From the NCBI GenBank assembly GCA_041554155.1, contig JBFFMI010000002.1, positions 1 to 60,650 on the forward strand: 60,650 bases of DNA, read 5' to 3'. Source of the DNA: Anaerolineales bacterium (GTDB taxonomy: Bacteria; Chloroflexota; Anaerolineae; Anaerolineales; E44-bin32). Below the pieces are notes generated by a model. That model was not told the DNA's origin. It saw only the letters and a program-made list of their open reading frames with translations, and searched no databases. The position numbers and the translations under genes were made by a program. Numbering within the stretch: the stretch's first letter is position 1; each line of letters opens with the position of its first letter. Positions 9,930-18,738 of the stretch are shown here, piece by piece.

Positions 9930-11078
9930 CTAGCTGACCTCTCGGATCGCAGCGAAAATTGGATCGGGCGACATCATTTCTCCACCCGCGTGGTTTACAC
10001 CAACAATTGGTTTCATAACATACCGCTGCACTTCTGTAATTAACTGACCTAAGTTCATCTCCGGGATGACGTAGGCTTTTGCCGTTTGATCAATCGTTTT
10101 CAACAGTGTGGCTGGAAACGGCCATATGGAGATTAACCGCAGAAATCCCACAGGGATCCCTTGCTCGCGAGCTTCTCGCACCGCCCTTAATGCAGATCTC
10201 GCTGTGCTTCCGAATGCAATCACCACAATCTCCGCATCATCCATGAAATGCGTTTCGGTGCGAATGATTTGCTCTGCATTGTCCTGAACTTTTTTCACCA
10301 GACGGGTTACCAGTTGATGATGTGTCTCGGGAGACATGTCTGGATAGCCCTGCTCGTCATGTGTCAATCCGGTGAAATGGAGTTTGTACCCCTCGCCAGC
10401 ATAGGCCATCGGCGGGACCAAATCATCCTGGTCAGCCTGAAAGGGTTGAAAAGCTTCTTTGGAAGAGCCATTCGGTCGCTTCCGCCCCCAACGGGTTATC
10501 CCCGAGGCATCAGGGATCACGACTCGCTCAACCATATGGCCCACGACTTCATCCGCCATTATAAGCACCGGGATACGAAATCGATCGGCGACATTAAAGG
10601 CATGCACAGTCAAGTTAAAAAGCTCCTGGGGCGACCATGGGGAGTAGGCTGCGATGCCATAATCCCCGTGAGAACCCCAACGCGCCTGCATAATGTCGGA
10701 TTGGCCTGGCAAAGTCGGCAGGCCTGTACTTGGGGAGCCTCGTTGCACATTCACGATGACACAGGGCAGCTCCATCATGACACCCAGACCCAGGTTTTCC
10801 ATCATCAAACTGAATCCAGGACCGGACGTGGCCGTCATCACCCTCGCTCCAGCAGCAGATGCTCCTAAGATGGAGGCCATACTGGCCATCTCATCCTCCA
10901 TCTGTATGAAAACACCACCGACTTCCGGCAAACGCAAGGCTAATCGCTCGGCGATCTCAGTTGAGGGTGTTATTGGATAGCCGCCGAAGAAGGTGCAGCC
11001 TGCCGCCAGGGCGCCTTCCGCGCAGGCGTGATCACCATGCATGAAATGATCCCCGGAAAGTACAGCCGGTCGACTCAT
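9930..11078 (-). CDS. 2-oxoacid:ferredoxin oxidoreductase alpha subunit (set 1)
   Basis: 382 aa. GYPITPSTEI and TSGPGFSLMMENLG motifs. Confidence 0.88.
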   Translation of the reverse strand: MSRPAVLSGDHFMHGDHACAEGALAAGCTFFGGYPITPSTEIAERLALRLPEVGGVFIQMEDEMASMASILGASAAGARVMTATSGPGFSLMMENLGLGVMMELPCVIVNVQRGSPSTGLPTLPGQSDIMQARWGSHGDYGIAAYSPWSPQELFNLTVHAFNVADRFRIPVLIMADEVVGHMVERVVIPDASGITRWGRKRPNGSSKEAFQPFQADQDDLVPPMAYAGEGYKLHFTGLTHDEQGYPDMSPETHHQLVTRLVKKVQDNAEQIIRTETHFMDDAEIVVIAFGSTARSALRAVREAREQGIPVGFLRLISIWPFPATLLKTIDQTAKAYVIPEMNLGQLITEVQRYVMKPIVGVNHAGGEMMSPDPIFAAIREVS

Positions 11079-11344
11079 CCCTGGCCCTCCAACGTATATA
11101 TCGCAAACTCAGGACAGATCATCGTGCAGAATTCGCAATGCACGCATGCGGTTTCCATACCAGGAATGATTTCTGGGAGGTGGTACCCCTTTTCATTTGT
11201 GATCTCGGAAGACCGCAGCACACCGCGAGGGCAGAGCTCGACGCATAGCTTACATCCTTTGCATCGAGCGGGAATAAGGTAAACCTGCCCAAAAGGAACA
11301 GGCAGATCGTCGAGGTTGATCGGTTTACGGGCGAAGACCTTCAT
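11075..11344 (-). CDS. 2-oxoacid:ferredoxin oxidoreductase delta subunit (2x[4Fe-4S] ferredoxin, set 1)
   Basis: 89 aa. CKGCKLCVELCP and CVHCEFCTMICP motifs. 4-nt overlap with the alpha subunit. Confidence 0.85.
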   Translation of the reverse strand: MKVFARKPINLDDLPVPFGQVYLIPARCKGCKLCVELCPRGVLRSSEITNEKGYHLPEIIPGMETACVHCEFCTMICPEFAIYTLEGQG

Positions 11345-11626
11345 TGTCGCCTGTCACAAACAAAAGTCTAGCCTTGAACAGGGTTCGCCAATCCAAGCAG
11401 GTACGCTCAAAGCTGACCTTGATCGGATCAGCCAAAGCGTAGGGGCACCCTCCGCTCGCCACAAGTACTAACTGTCATCTCGCGCTTGGTAAATCTTCGT
11501 TTTATTGCGATTATTATGATTAATCGGGTAATACAGGGGCGGGCACGCCATGGAGCGGGTATCGCTTGTGCACTTGCTAGCTTCTAGGGCGTTGCCGAAT
11601 CGCTGAGAAATGCGGACGAACATCCA

Positions 11627-11655
11627 TTGAGCCATTTTGCCTACCACCCTATAAT
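11627..11655 (+). promoter_or_regulatory. candidate sigma70-type promoter for the ccs-like operon
   Basis: TTGAGC (11627-11632), 17-nt spacer, TATAAT (11650-11655). This would give a 5' UTR of about 170 nt. Confidence 0.35.
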
Positions 11656-11834
11656 CGGGTAAGTGCCGGAGCGCAGCATGCCATGAATCGAACATTCAAT
11701 GAAGGTGCTCTCAACTGCTGCCCATTTCTCATAATCCATCCCCCCCCTACGCCCTGTATACCTGCACGGCTGAAAAAAGTATGCAATATAAACACACTGT
11801 CGAACCCTCTAGATCCACGCGCTAAAGGAATTTG

Positions 11835-13379
11835 ATGGCCAAATTGCACGAATACCAGGGCAAGCAACTTCTCGAGGCTGGCAAGATACCCATCCCACCC
11901 GGCGGTCCAGCAACATCACCCCAAGAAGCTGCTGATCTGGCGCGTGAGTGTAATGGCCCTGTGGTTGTAAAGGGTCAGATCTGGCTAACCAGTCGGGCGA
12001 GCCTGGGTTTGATCCGATTCGCTGAAACGCCCGAGCAGGCTGCGGAGGCCGCAGAATCAATGCTGGGACGCAGCATTAAGGGCTTCGCGGTGGATACCGT
12101 GCTTGTCGAAGCCCGGCTTGATATTGAACGAGAATTTTATGCGGGGATCATCATCGATGATCAAATCCAGTCGCCAGTGCTGATCTTCAGCGCCATCGGA
12201 GGGAGCGGGATCGAGGAACTCGCTGAAAAGCACCCCGAGTCCATCGTCCGTACCCCCATTGATGTCGTGCGCGGTTTCTACGATTATCAGGCTCGAGAGC
12301 TCGTCCGTCAGACCGGCATTCAAGGCAAATTGCTACTTAAAATCGGGGGGCTTCTGCCACGCTTGGTCGATGTCGCTCGAGAATATGATGCTCGCGCAGC
12401 TGAGATCAATCCCCTGGTTCTCACTGTCGATGGCAAACTAATCGCTGCAGATTGCCGCATCACGATTGATGATTACGCCACCTATCGACATCCTGAATTG
12501 GGAATCGAGGTCGCCCGAGAATTTGATCGACCGCCGACGGATCTTGAAAAAATTGCCTGGCAGGTCGAAAAAAATGATTACCGGGGAACCTTCTATTTCA
12601 TCCAGATGCGCGAGCAGTTTAAACATGGAGACAAGGTGATTGGATTCCATGGTGCGGGTGGTGGTGGATCGATGATGAGCATGGATGCCATCCTGAACCG
12701 TGGGTACTCGCTCGCAAATTTCGTCGATACGAGCGGAAATCCACCGGCTTCAAAAGTCTATCGAGCTGCAAGGATCATCATGGCACAAGGTCCGATCGAT
12801 GGCTACTTCGCTTCTGGCTCGGGGGTTGCTTCCCAGGAACAGTTTCATTCTGCCAGGGGACTGGTTAAAGCCTTTATGGAAGCACCCCTGATGGTACCCG
12901 CTGTAATCCGCTTGGGGGGCAACGCCGAGGAGCAGGCGATTGACATCCTCAAGAGAGCCGAGGACGTCATACCTGCACCAGTTCAAGCCTTTGGAAAGGA
13001 TGACAATCCAGCATACTGCGCCGAACGCTTGGATCTCTTGATCCAATCCTACGCTAAGCCCACATCAGCCGCCGAACCTAAGATCCCGCCACCTCCAGCT
13101 GCTGCTTATTCGTTCGAAACAGTGACTGGTGGGTGCGTCTCGTTCGATCACACCCTCTGCCTTGATTGTGAGAGCAACATCTGTGTGGAGCGTTGCGTTC
13201 CCCAAATCATAAAACTCGAGAATGATGTACCCGTTCTCAATATCACACATGACGAAGCCATGAAAGGCGGTTGCACGGAATGCCTCGCCTGCCAGATAGA
13301 TTGCTATTTTGAAGGCAACCAGGGTGGCTTTGTCGATCTTCCGATACCCGGTTTAGATGGCTATGCGCAAGGCATTTAG
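11835..13379 (+). CDS. SucC-like ATP-grasp CoA ligase beta-type subunit with C-terminal di-cluster-like Cys domain; candidate citryl-CoA synthetase large subunit
   Basis: KLHEYQGKQLL N-terminus, EINPL, GAGGGGSMMSMDAI and ANFVDTSG segments as in SucC. ATG at 11835 follows AAAGGA (the track started at the TTG at 11832). The last ~80 aa carry CLDCESNICVERC and CTECLACQIDC. Confidence 0.7.
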   Translation: MAKLHEYQGKQLLEAGKIPIPPGGPATSPQEAADLARECNGPVVVKGQIWLTSRASLGLIRFAETPEQAAEAAESMLGRSIKGFAVDTVLVEARLDIEREFYAGIIIDDQIQSPVLIFSAIGGSGIEELAEKHPESIVRTPIDVVRGFYDYQARELVRQTGIQGKLLLKIGGLLPRLVDVAREYDARAAEINPLVLTVDGKLIAADCRITIDDYATYRHPELGIEVAREFDRPPTDLEKIAWQVEKNDYRGTFYFIQMREQFKHGDKVIGFHGAGGGGSMMSMDAILNRGYSLANFVDTSGNPPASKVYRAARIIMAQGPIDGYFASGSGVASQEQFHSARGLVKAFMEAPLMVPAVIRLGGNAEEQAIDILKRAEDVIPAPVQAFGKDDNPAYCAERLDLLIQSYAKPTSAAEPKIPPPPAAAYSFETVTGGCVSFDHTLCLDCESNICVERCVPQIIKLENDVPVLNITHDEAMKGGCTECLACQIDCYFEGNQGGFVDLPIPGLDGYAQGI

Positions 13380-13394
13380 GAGACCCGTTTTACG

Positions 13395-14306
13395 ATGTCA
13401 ATTTTGATCGATGAGACCAAGCGCGTACTGATACAGGGTATCACCGGTCGGGAGGGTCAAGCACGCGCCCGCCTGATGCAGGGCTATGGCACCCAAATCG
13501 TCGCCGGTGTTACGCCCGGAAAAGGCGGTCTCGAAGTACTTGGCGTTCCTGTATTCGATAGTGTTCGTGAGGCCCGGGATAACTGTGGTCCTCTAGATAT
13601 CAGCGTGCTGTTCATCCCCGCGCCACTGGTAAAAAGCGCAGCTCTGGAAGCAATCGAGGCCGGGATCCAATTGCTCGTATTAATCCCCGATCGAGTTCCT
13701 ATCTATGATGTGCTCGTCATTGCCCAGGCCGCCAAAACCTATGGCGCCCGGTTTATCGGACCAAATACTCTCGGAGTCTTGTCCCCTGAGAAAGCCGTCC
13801 TCGGGATGATCGGCGGCCGTGCTGCATCGGCGCGGTCCTGGTTCATCCCTGGTCCTGTGGGCATAAGCTCTCGCTCCGGTGGCATCACCTCCGCCATGGC
13901 TTATTATCTAGCTCAGAAGGGGATTGGCGCTACGACTCTCGTGCACGTCGGCGGTGATGTCGTGGTGGGCCTGCCCCACCCGGAAGTTGCGCTGCTCTTC
14001 GAGCACGATCCCGAGACAAAAGCCATGGTCTTGTTCGGTGAGATCGGCGGTTCACAGGAAGAACGCCTGGCAGACCTGGTAGAGGCAGGCGAGGTGACCA
14101 AACCCATTGTGGCGTTCATTGGAGGTAAAGCGGCCAAAAGCGGGACACGTTTCAGCCATGCAGGGGCGATCGTGGAAGGTGGCCGCGGGACGCATGAAGG
14201 CAAGGTGACTCGTTTGCGCCAGGTCGGCGTAACCGTCGTGGAAGAATTTGGCGACCTGCCATCCGCCACCCAAAACGTCTTGAAGGAGCATGGGATCCCA
14301 ACATGA
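13395..14306 (+). CDS. SucD-like CoA ligase alpha-type subunit; candidate citryl-CoA synthetase small subunit
   Basis: 303 aa. Contains IQGITGREG, SRSGG, GEIGGSQEE and SHAGAIV (the phosphohistidine loop). Confidence 0.75.
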   Translation: MSILIDETKRVLIQGITGREGQARARLMQGYGTQIVAGVTPGKGGLEVLGVPVFDSVREARDNCGPLDISVLFIPAPLVKSAALEAIEAGIQLLVLIPDRVPIYDVLVIAQAAKTYGARFIGPNTLGVLSPEKAVLGMIGGRAASARSWFIPGPVGISSRSGGITSAMAYYLAQKGIGATTLVHVGGDVVVGLPHPEVALLFEHDPETKAMVLFGEIGGSQEERLADLVEAGEVTKPIVAFIGGKAAKSGTRFSHAGAIVEGGRGTHEGKVTRLRQVGVTVVEEFGDLPSATQNVLKEHGIPT

Positions 14307-15091
14307 GCCAAGAAAAATGGTCGACGAGCATTACAGCAGTCCAGCCCAATGAAGTTCGCCTAAGGGGTTACCGTATCGATGATTTGATGGGAGAAACATC
14401 CTTCAGCGATGGAATTTATCTCGCGCTCATCGGGGAACTCCCAACACCCACTGTTTCGAAGATGATCGAGGCGATCCTGATCTCGTCGATCGATCATGGG
14501 CCCACTCCCCCATCGGCACTTGCGGCACGTACGGCTGCTTCCACTGGTGCACCGCTGAATGCTGCGGTCGCCTGTGGATTGCTTTCCATTAACCGCTTCC
14601 ACGGCGGTGCGATCGAGGGTTGCATGCAGATGCTTGCGTCGGCGATCGAAACGCAAACAGAGGATGGTTCAGACATCGAGCAGATCGCGAACCAGACCAT
14701 CGACGCTTACCAGGAGAGCAAACAACGCCTGCCTGGCCTTGGTCATAGGCTGCACAACGACGATCCCCGGGCTGCCAAATTATTTGCTCTTGCCACAGAA
14801 ACCGGGATTCGTGGACCTGCGATCGAGCTTCTTCAAGCACTGCGATCAGGGCTTGCAACCAGGGGGGTTGACCTTCCGATCAATGTTGACGGAGCGATCG
14901 CTGCGATCCTTGTCGATCTCAAGGTCCCTTCGCCCCTGGCCAACGCATTTTTCCTTATCTCCCGCTTGCCGGGATTGGTTGCGCATGTGTACGAGGAACA
15001 GACAGAACAACGCCCCATGCGGCCTATCGATCCCAGTGCACATGTGTATCATGGACCCAACCCTCGATCGATTGATGTGAAAAAGGCCTAG
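14303..15091 (+). CDS. citrate synthase-like short protein; candidate citryl-CoA lyase
   Basis: 262 aa. FHGGA, GLGHRLHNDDPRA (compare the GHRVY..DPR of citrate synthases) and NVDG segments. 4-nt overlap with the upstream gene. Confidence 0.7.
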   Translation: MSQEKWSTSITAVQPNEVRLRGYRIDDLMGETSFSDGIYLALIGELPTPTVSKMIEAILISSIDHGPTPPSALAARTAASTGAPLNAAVACGLLSINRFHGGAIEGCMQMLASAIETQTEDGSDIEQIANQTIDAYQESKQRLPGLGHRLHNDDPRAAKLFALATETGIRGPAIELLQALRSGLATRGVDLPINVDGAIAAILVDLKVPSPLANAFFLISRLPGLVAHVYEEQTEQRPMRPIDPSAHVYHGPNPRSIDVKKA

Positions 15092-15100
15092 GAGATCCAT

Positions 15101-15649
15101 ATGACAAAAACACTTGAAGGGCTCATCCCCGAAATCGAGCTCATCAGCGAAAATACGTTGCGTGAACAGGTCGTTGCAGTCTGGGAAGACGCCCTTCACC
15201 AGGCTGGATGGGAATTAGAAGATCTGGCTTCCATGCCCTACACCCTCCTTGTTGAAAATGTGACCATCAGTTTCCCCGAGCACGTGAGTGTTGTCGCACG
15301 CCTTTGTCTGGCGATCGAATCGGTCCTACGCGAGTCCTACGCAGATCGCTATGAGATCAACCGGGACACGCTGCTAGCGGGGGCTCTCCTCGCAGATGTG
15401 GGTAAGTTGCTTGAATTTAAGAAATCCGGGGATGGGTATGCTTGGGCTAGCATGTATCGATATTTACGGCACCCTTTTACTGGGGTTGGGCTATGCTTCA
15501 AGCACGGCCTCCCCGAGGCGGTCATGCATATTGTCGCCACGCATTCCTGGGAAGGCGAGAAATTCACCCGGCTGCCCGAATCAATCATCTTCCATCACGC
15601 TGACTTTATTGATTTTGACCTGACCAAGTTTGAAGCGAAACAAGGTTAA
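15101..15649 (+). CDS. HD-domain-like protein (degenerate HD dyad)
   Basis: 182 aa. EH...LLADVGK...H...H...D spacing resembles the HD superfamily, but the HD dyad reads AD. Confidence 0.5.
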   Translation: MTKTLEGLIPEIELISENTLREQVVAVWEDALHQAGWELEDLASMPYTLLVENVTISFPEHVSVVARLCLAIESVLRESYADRYEINRDTLLAGALLADVGKLLEFKKSGDGYAWASMYRYLRHPFTGVGLCFKHGLPEAVMHIVATHSWEGEKFTRLPESIIFHHADFIDFDLTKFEAKQG

Positions 15650-15657
15650 GATCAGCT

Positions 15658-16914
15658 ATGGGTCAAACATTCGCTGAGAAAGCGCTCGCCCGGCACGCTG
15701 GTCTGACAGAAGCAAGGCCAGGGACGATCGTGCAGGTTAGGCCAAATACCGCCTTATCACACGATAATACGGCTGCGATCGCCGACATCTTTCACGAGAT
15801 GGGTGGAAAGCATGTCTTCGACCCTGAAATGCATGCCATAATTCTCGACCACGCGACGCCGGCGCCCACCACCAAGCATGCGGAGAACCACCGTCAGATT
15901 CGAGAGTTCGTCCAAACGCAGGGTATCCCCCATTTTTATGACATTGGACGCGGAATCTGCCATCAGGTACTCGTCGAGGAGGGCCTGGCACTTCCGGGCG
16001 AACTTGTACTGGGCTCCGATTCGCATACACCACACGCGGGCGTTATGGGTGCCTTCGCCGCTGGAATCGGGCGCAGTGAAATGGCGTCCGTCTGGGCTCT
16101 TGGCAGCCTTTGGCTCAGGGTGCCCGAGAGCATCAAGATTACCCTGCATGGCACGTTCCCGCCCTGGGTTACAACCAAGGATTTAGCCTTGAAGATTATC
16201 GGCCAACTCGGTTCTGATGGGGCGCTCTATCAGTCAGTTGAGTGGCATGGTGAAGCGCTGGAAAGGTTATCGCTCAGCGAACGCGCGACGCTTCCCAACA
16301 TGATGGCTGAAATGGGAGCGAAAAACAGCTACCTATGGCCGGACGCTACCGTTGAAGAGTATCTCGAAGGCCGGGCGAAACGCGAATACGCACCGATTTA
16401 CCCTGACAGGGATGCTACATACACCAGCCAGATCAGCTTCGATCTAGGCACCCTTACCCCACAAGTCGCATGCCCGCACAACGTTGATAACGTCCATGCG
16501 CTTGAAAGCCTGGTTGGTATTCCTATTCAACAAGCTTTTCTCGGAACATGCACCAATGGTCGGCTTGAGGATCTGATCGCAGCTGCGGATATCCTGCGAG
16601 GGCGAACGCTTGCAACCGGAACCCGCATGATTGTGATTCCCGCGTCCTCTGAAGTTTACCTAGCTGCCGATGAGATGGGATTACTGGCTGATTTCGTCCG
16701 TGCAGGAGCGGTTGTGGAGAGTCCCGGATGTGGTCCCTGTATGGGTAACCATATGGGCGCTCCAGCGCAAGGTGAAGTCTCCATAAGCACGGCAAATCGC
16801 AATTTTCGGGGTCGTATGGGCACAAAGGATAGCGAAATCTACCTGGCCAATCCGCATATCGTGGCAGCCTCCGCAGTTGCGGGGAAAATCGTTTCTCCGG
16901 AAAGTTTGAAGTGA
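15658..16914 (+). CDS. aconitase-family dehydratase large subunit (LeuC/HacA type)
   Basis: 418 aa. Contains SHDNT, GSDSHT, CTNGR and GCGPCMG motifs, which include the Fe-S ligands. Confidence 0.85.
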   Translation: MGQTFAEKALARHAGLTEARPGTIVQVRPNTALSHDNTAAIADIFHEMGGKHVFDPEMHAIILDHATPAPTTKHAENHRQIREFVQTQGIPHFYDIGRGICHQVLVEEGLALPGELVLGSDSHTPHAGVMGAFAAGIGRSEMASVWALGSLWLRVPESIKITLHGTFPPWVTTKDLALKIIGQLGSDGALYQSVEWHGEALERLSLSERATLPNMMAEMGAKNSYLWPDATVEEYLEGRAKREYAPIYPDRDATYTSQISFDLGTLTPQVACPHNVDNVHALESLVGIPIQQAFLGTCTNGRLEDLIAAADILRGRTLATGTRMIVIPASSEVYLAADEMGLLADFVRAGAVVESPGCGPCMGNHMGAPAQGEVSISTANRNFRGRMGTKDSEIYLANPHIVAASAVAGKIVSPESLK

Positions 16915-17426
16915 GTGTGTTTATGGAAGCGATAGAAGGTCGGATATGGAAGTATGGTGACAACATTAATACCGATGTGATCTTCCCCGGGAAATATACC
17001 TACACGATAACCGACCCGGAGCAGATGCGCCGACATGCACTGGAGGATTTAGACCCGGCATTTTCCGAAGGCGTGCAAGAAGGTGATGTCATCATCGCCG
17101 GGACCAACTGGGGCTGTGGTTCCTCCCGAGAGCAGGCCGTCACATGCTTAAAGGCAGCGGGTGTCGGCGCAATCATCGCCAAAAGCTATGCAAGAATTTA
17201 CTATCGTAATTGTCTTAACGCTGCCCTACCTGCGCTCACCTGCCCAGAATTGATCGATCAGGTCGCTCATGGCGATAGCATCCACATTGATTTGGAGCAG
17301 GGTCAGATCCTGCACGCGGGGGAAACCTTCGACTTTCCCGCGCTGCCTGAAGCGCTTCAATCGCTATTTGCCGCTGGGGGATTGATACCGTATACCCGCC
17401 AACGACTTGAAGAAACGAAGCCATGA
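16911..17426 (+). CDS. aconitase-family dehydratase small subunit (LeuD/HacB type)
   Basis: 171 aa. [12 protein letters not shown] and GCGSSREQA motifs. GTG at 16911 overlaps the large-subunit stop. An alternative ATG lies at 16923. Confidence 0.85.
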   Translation: MSVFMEAIEGRIWKYGDNINTDVIFPGKYTYTITDPEQMRRHALEDLDPAFSEGVQEGDVIIAGTNWGCGSSREQAVTCLKAAGVGAIIAKSYARIYYRNCLNAALPALTCPELIDQVAHGDSIHIDLEQGQILHAGETFDFPALPEALQSLFAAGGLIPYTRQRLEETKP

Positions 17427-17594
17427 TGGATTGTCGCGTGGAGCGTTGAGCCGTCCATAGATGCGCAGCCCTGGTCCTGACAACCATCGAGACCAGGGCC
17501 GTATATCGATGCATGCACACAAGCATCACCAAAATGAAAACAATGGGTGTTTTACCTCCCTTGAGTCGACACAACAAGCCTTAGGAGAGCAAGT

Positions 17595-18713
17595 ATGGCG
17601 AATTATCGTATAGCATGGATGCCCGGAGATGGCGTTGGGGTTGAGGTGATGGATGCCACACGCCTCGTCCTTGATGCATTACATTTTGACGCAGATTACA
17701 TTCCCGCCGACATAGGTTGGGAATTCTGGTGCAAGGAGGGCGAAGCGTTACCCGAGAGGACCCTCACACTCTTAGAGGATTGCTCTTGCGGCCTTTTCGG
17801 AGCGATCACCTCCAAACCCAAGGAAGAAGCCGAGTTGGAGCTCGCTCCTGAACTCCAGGGTAAGGGGCTTACCTACAGAAGTCCGATCGTCCGCTTGCGC
17901 CAGCATTTCGATCTCTACACCAACCTGCGACCCTGCAAGGCGTACAGCGGCAACCCCCTGAATTATCGAGAGGGGATTGATCTTGTCGTCTTTAGGGAGA
18001 ACACCGAGGGGTTGTACAGTGGTGTCGAGTTCCATCCAATGCCTCAAACACTGCGCGATTCCATCAGCGCGCACAATGCTGCCATGAATCGCTTTGATCA
18101 TGTTGAGAATAATGACATGGCCGTCAGCTTGCGAGTCATCACACGACAAGGTGCACGTCGCATTGTGCGCCAGGCTTTTGAGTATGCCAAGCGGTTTAAC
18201 TACCCCTCGGTAACTGTTGTTGAGAAGCCCAATGTTCTGCGTGAGACCAGCGGGTTGATGATGAGAGAGGCGCGTGGCGTTGCAAAGTCCTATCCAGAGA
18301 TTGAGTTATGGGAGACCAACATCGACGCGCAGGCCATGTGGCTGCTGAAAAATCCCGAAAATTATGGCGTGCTCGTCACAAGCAACATGTTCGGGGATAT
18401 CCTGTCAGACCTGGCAGCGCAATTGATCGGGGGACTGGGATTCGCCTCGAGCGGAAATATCGGTGATTCCTTTGCGGTTTTTGAACCCACCCATGGGTCG
18501 GCGCCGAAATACGCTGGCCAAAACAAAGTCAACCCTATCGCCATGATGTTAGCCGCAAAACTGATGCTCGATTGGCTGGGTGAGCAGCATGTAGCCTCAC
18601 GTCTTGAAAAGGCTCTCGCTGCAGTGATAGCGGAAGGGACTGTGCGTACCTATGACATGGGCGGGGATGATTCGACGCTAGACATGGCACAAGCCGTAAT
18701 TACCAATCTCTAA
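17595..18713 (+). CDS. isocitrate/homoisocitrate/isopropylmalate dehydrogenase family protein
   Basis: 372 aa. GDGVGVEV, YRSPIVRLRQHFDLYTNLRP, RENTEGLYSG and NMFGDILSD motifs. Confidence 0.85.
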   Translation: MANYRIAWMPGDGVGVEVMDATRLVLDALHFDADYIPADIGWEFWCKEGEALPERTLTLLEDCSCGLFGAITSKPKEEAELELAPELQGKGLTYRSPIVRLRQHFDLYTNLRPCKAYSGNPLNYREGIDLVVFRENTEGLYSGVEFHPMPQTLRDSISAHNAAMNRFDHVENNDMAVSLRVITRQGARRIVRQAFEYAKRFNYPSVTVVEKPNVLRETSGLMMREARGVAKSYPEIELWETNIDAQAMWLLKNPENYGVLVTSNMFGDILSDLAAQLIGGLGFASSGNIGDSFAVFEPTHGSAPKYAGQNKVNPIAMMLAAKLMLDWLGEQHVASRLEKALAAVIAEGTVRTYDMGGDDSTLDMAQAVITNL

Positions 18714-18738
18714 CACCAGCTTTAGGAGGATGCGATCG

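Noticed and set aside
10248-10868. 206-aa plus-strand ORF
   Set aside because: Antisense to the OFOR alpha subunit gene. Arg/His-rich shadow frame.
11468-12060. Three small minus-strand ORFs (75, 72 and 83 aa) in and near the long intergenic region
   Set aside because: No SD sequences and no recognisable domains. They overlap each other and the ccsA-like start. Treated as non-coding control region instead.
14559-15080. 173-aa plus-strand ORF in an alternative frame of the ccl-like gene
   Set aside because: Arg/Ser/Cys-rich out-of-frame translation. The 14303-15091 frame carries the citrate-synthase-type motifs.
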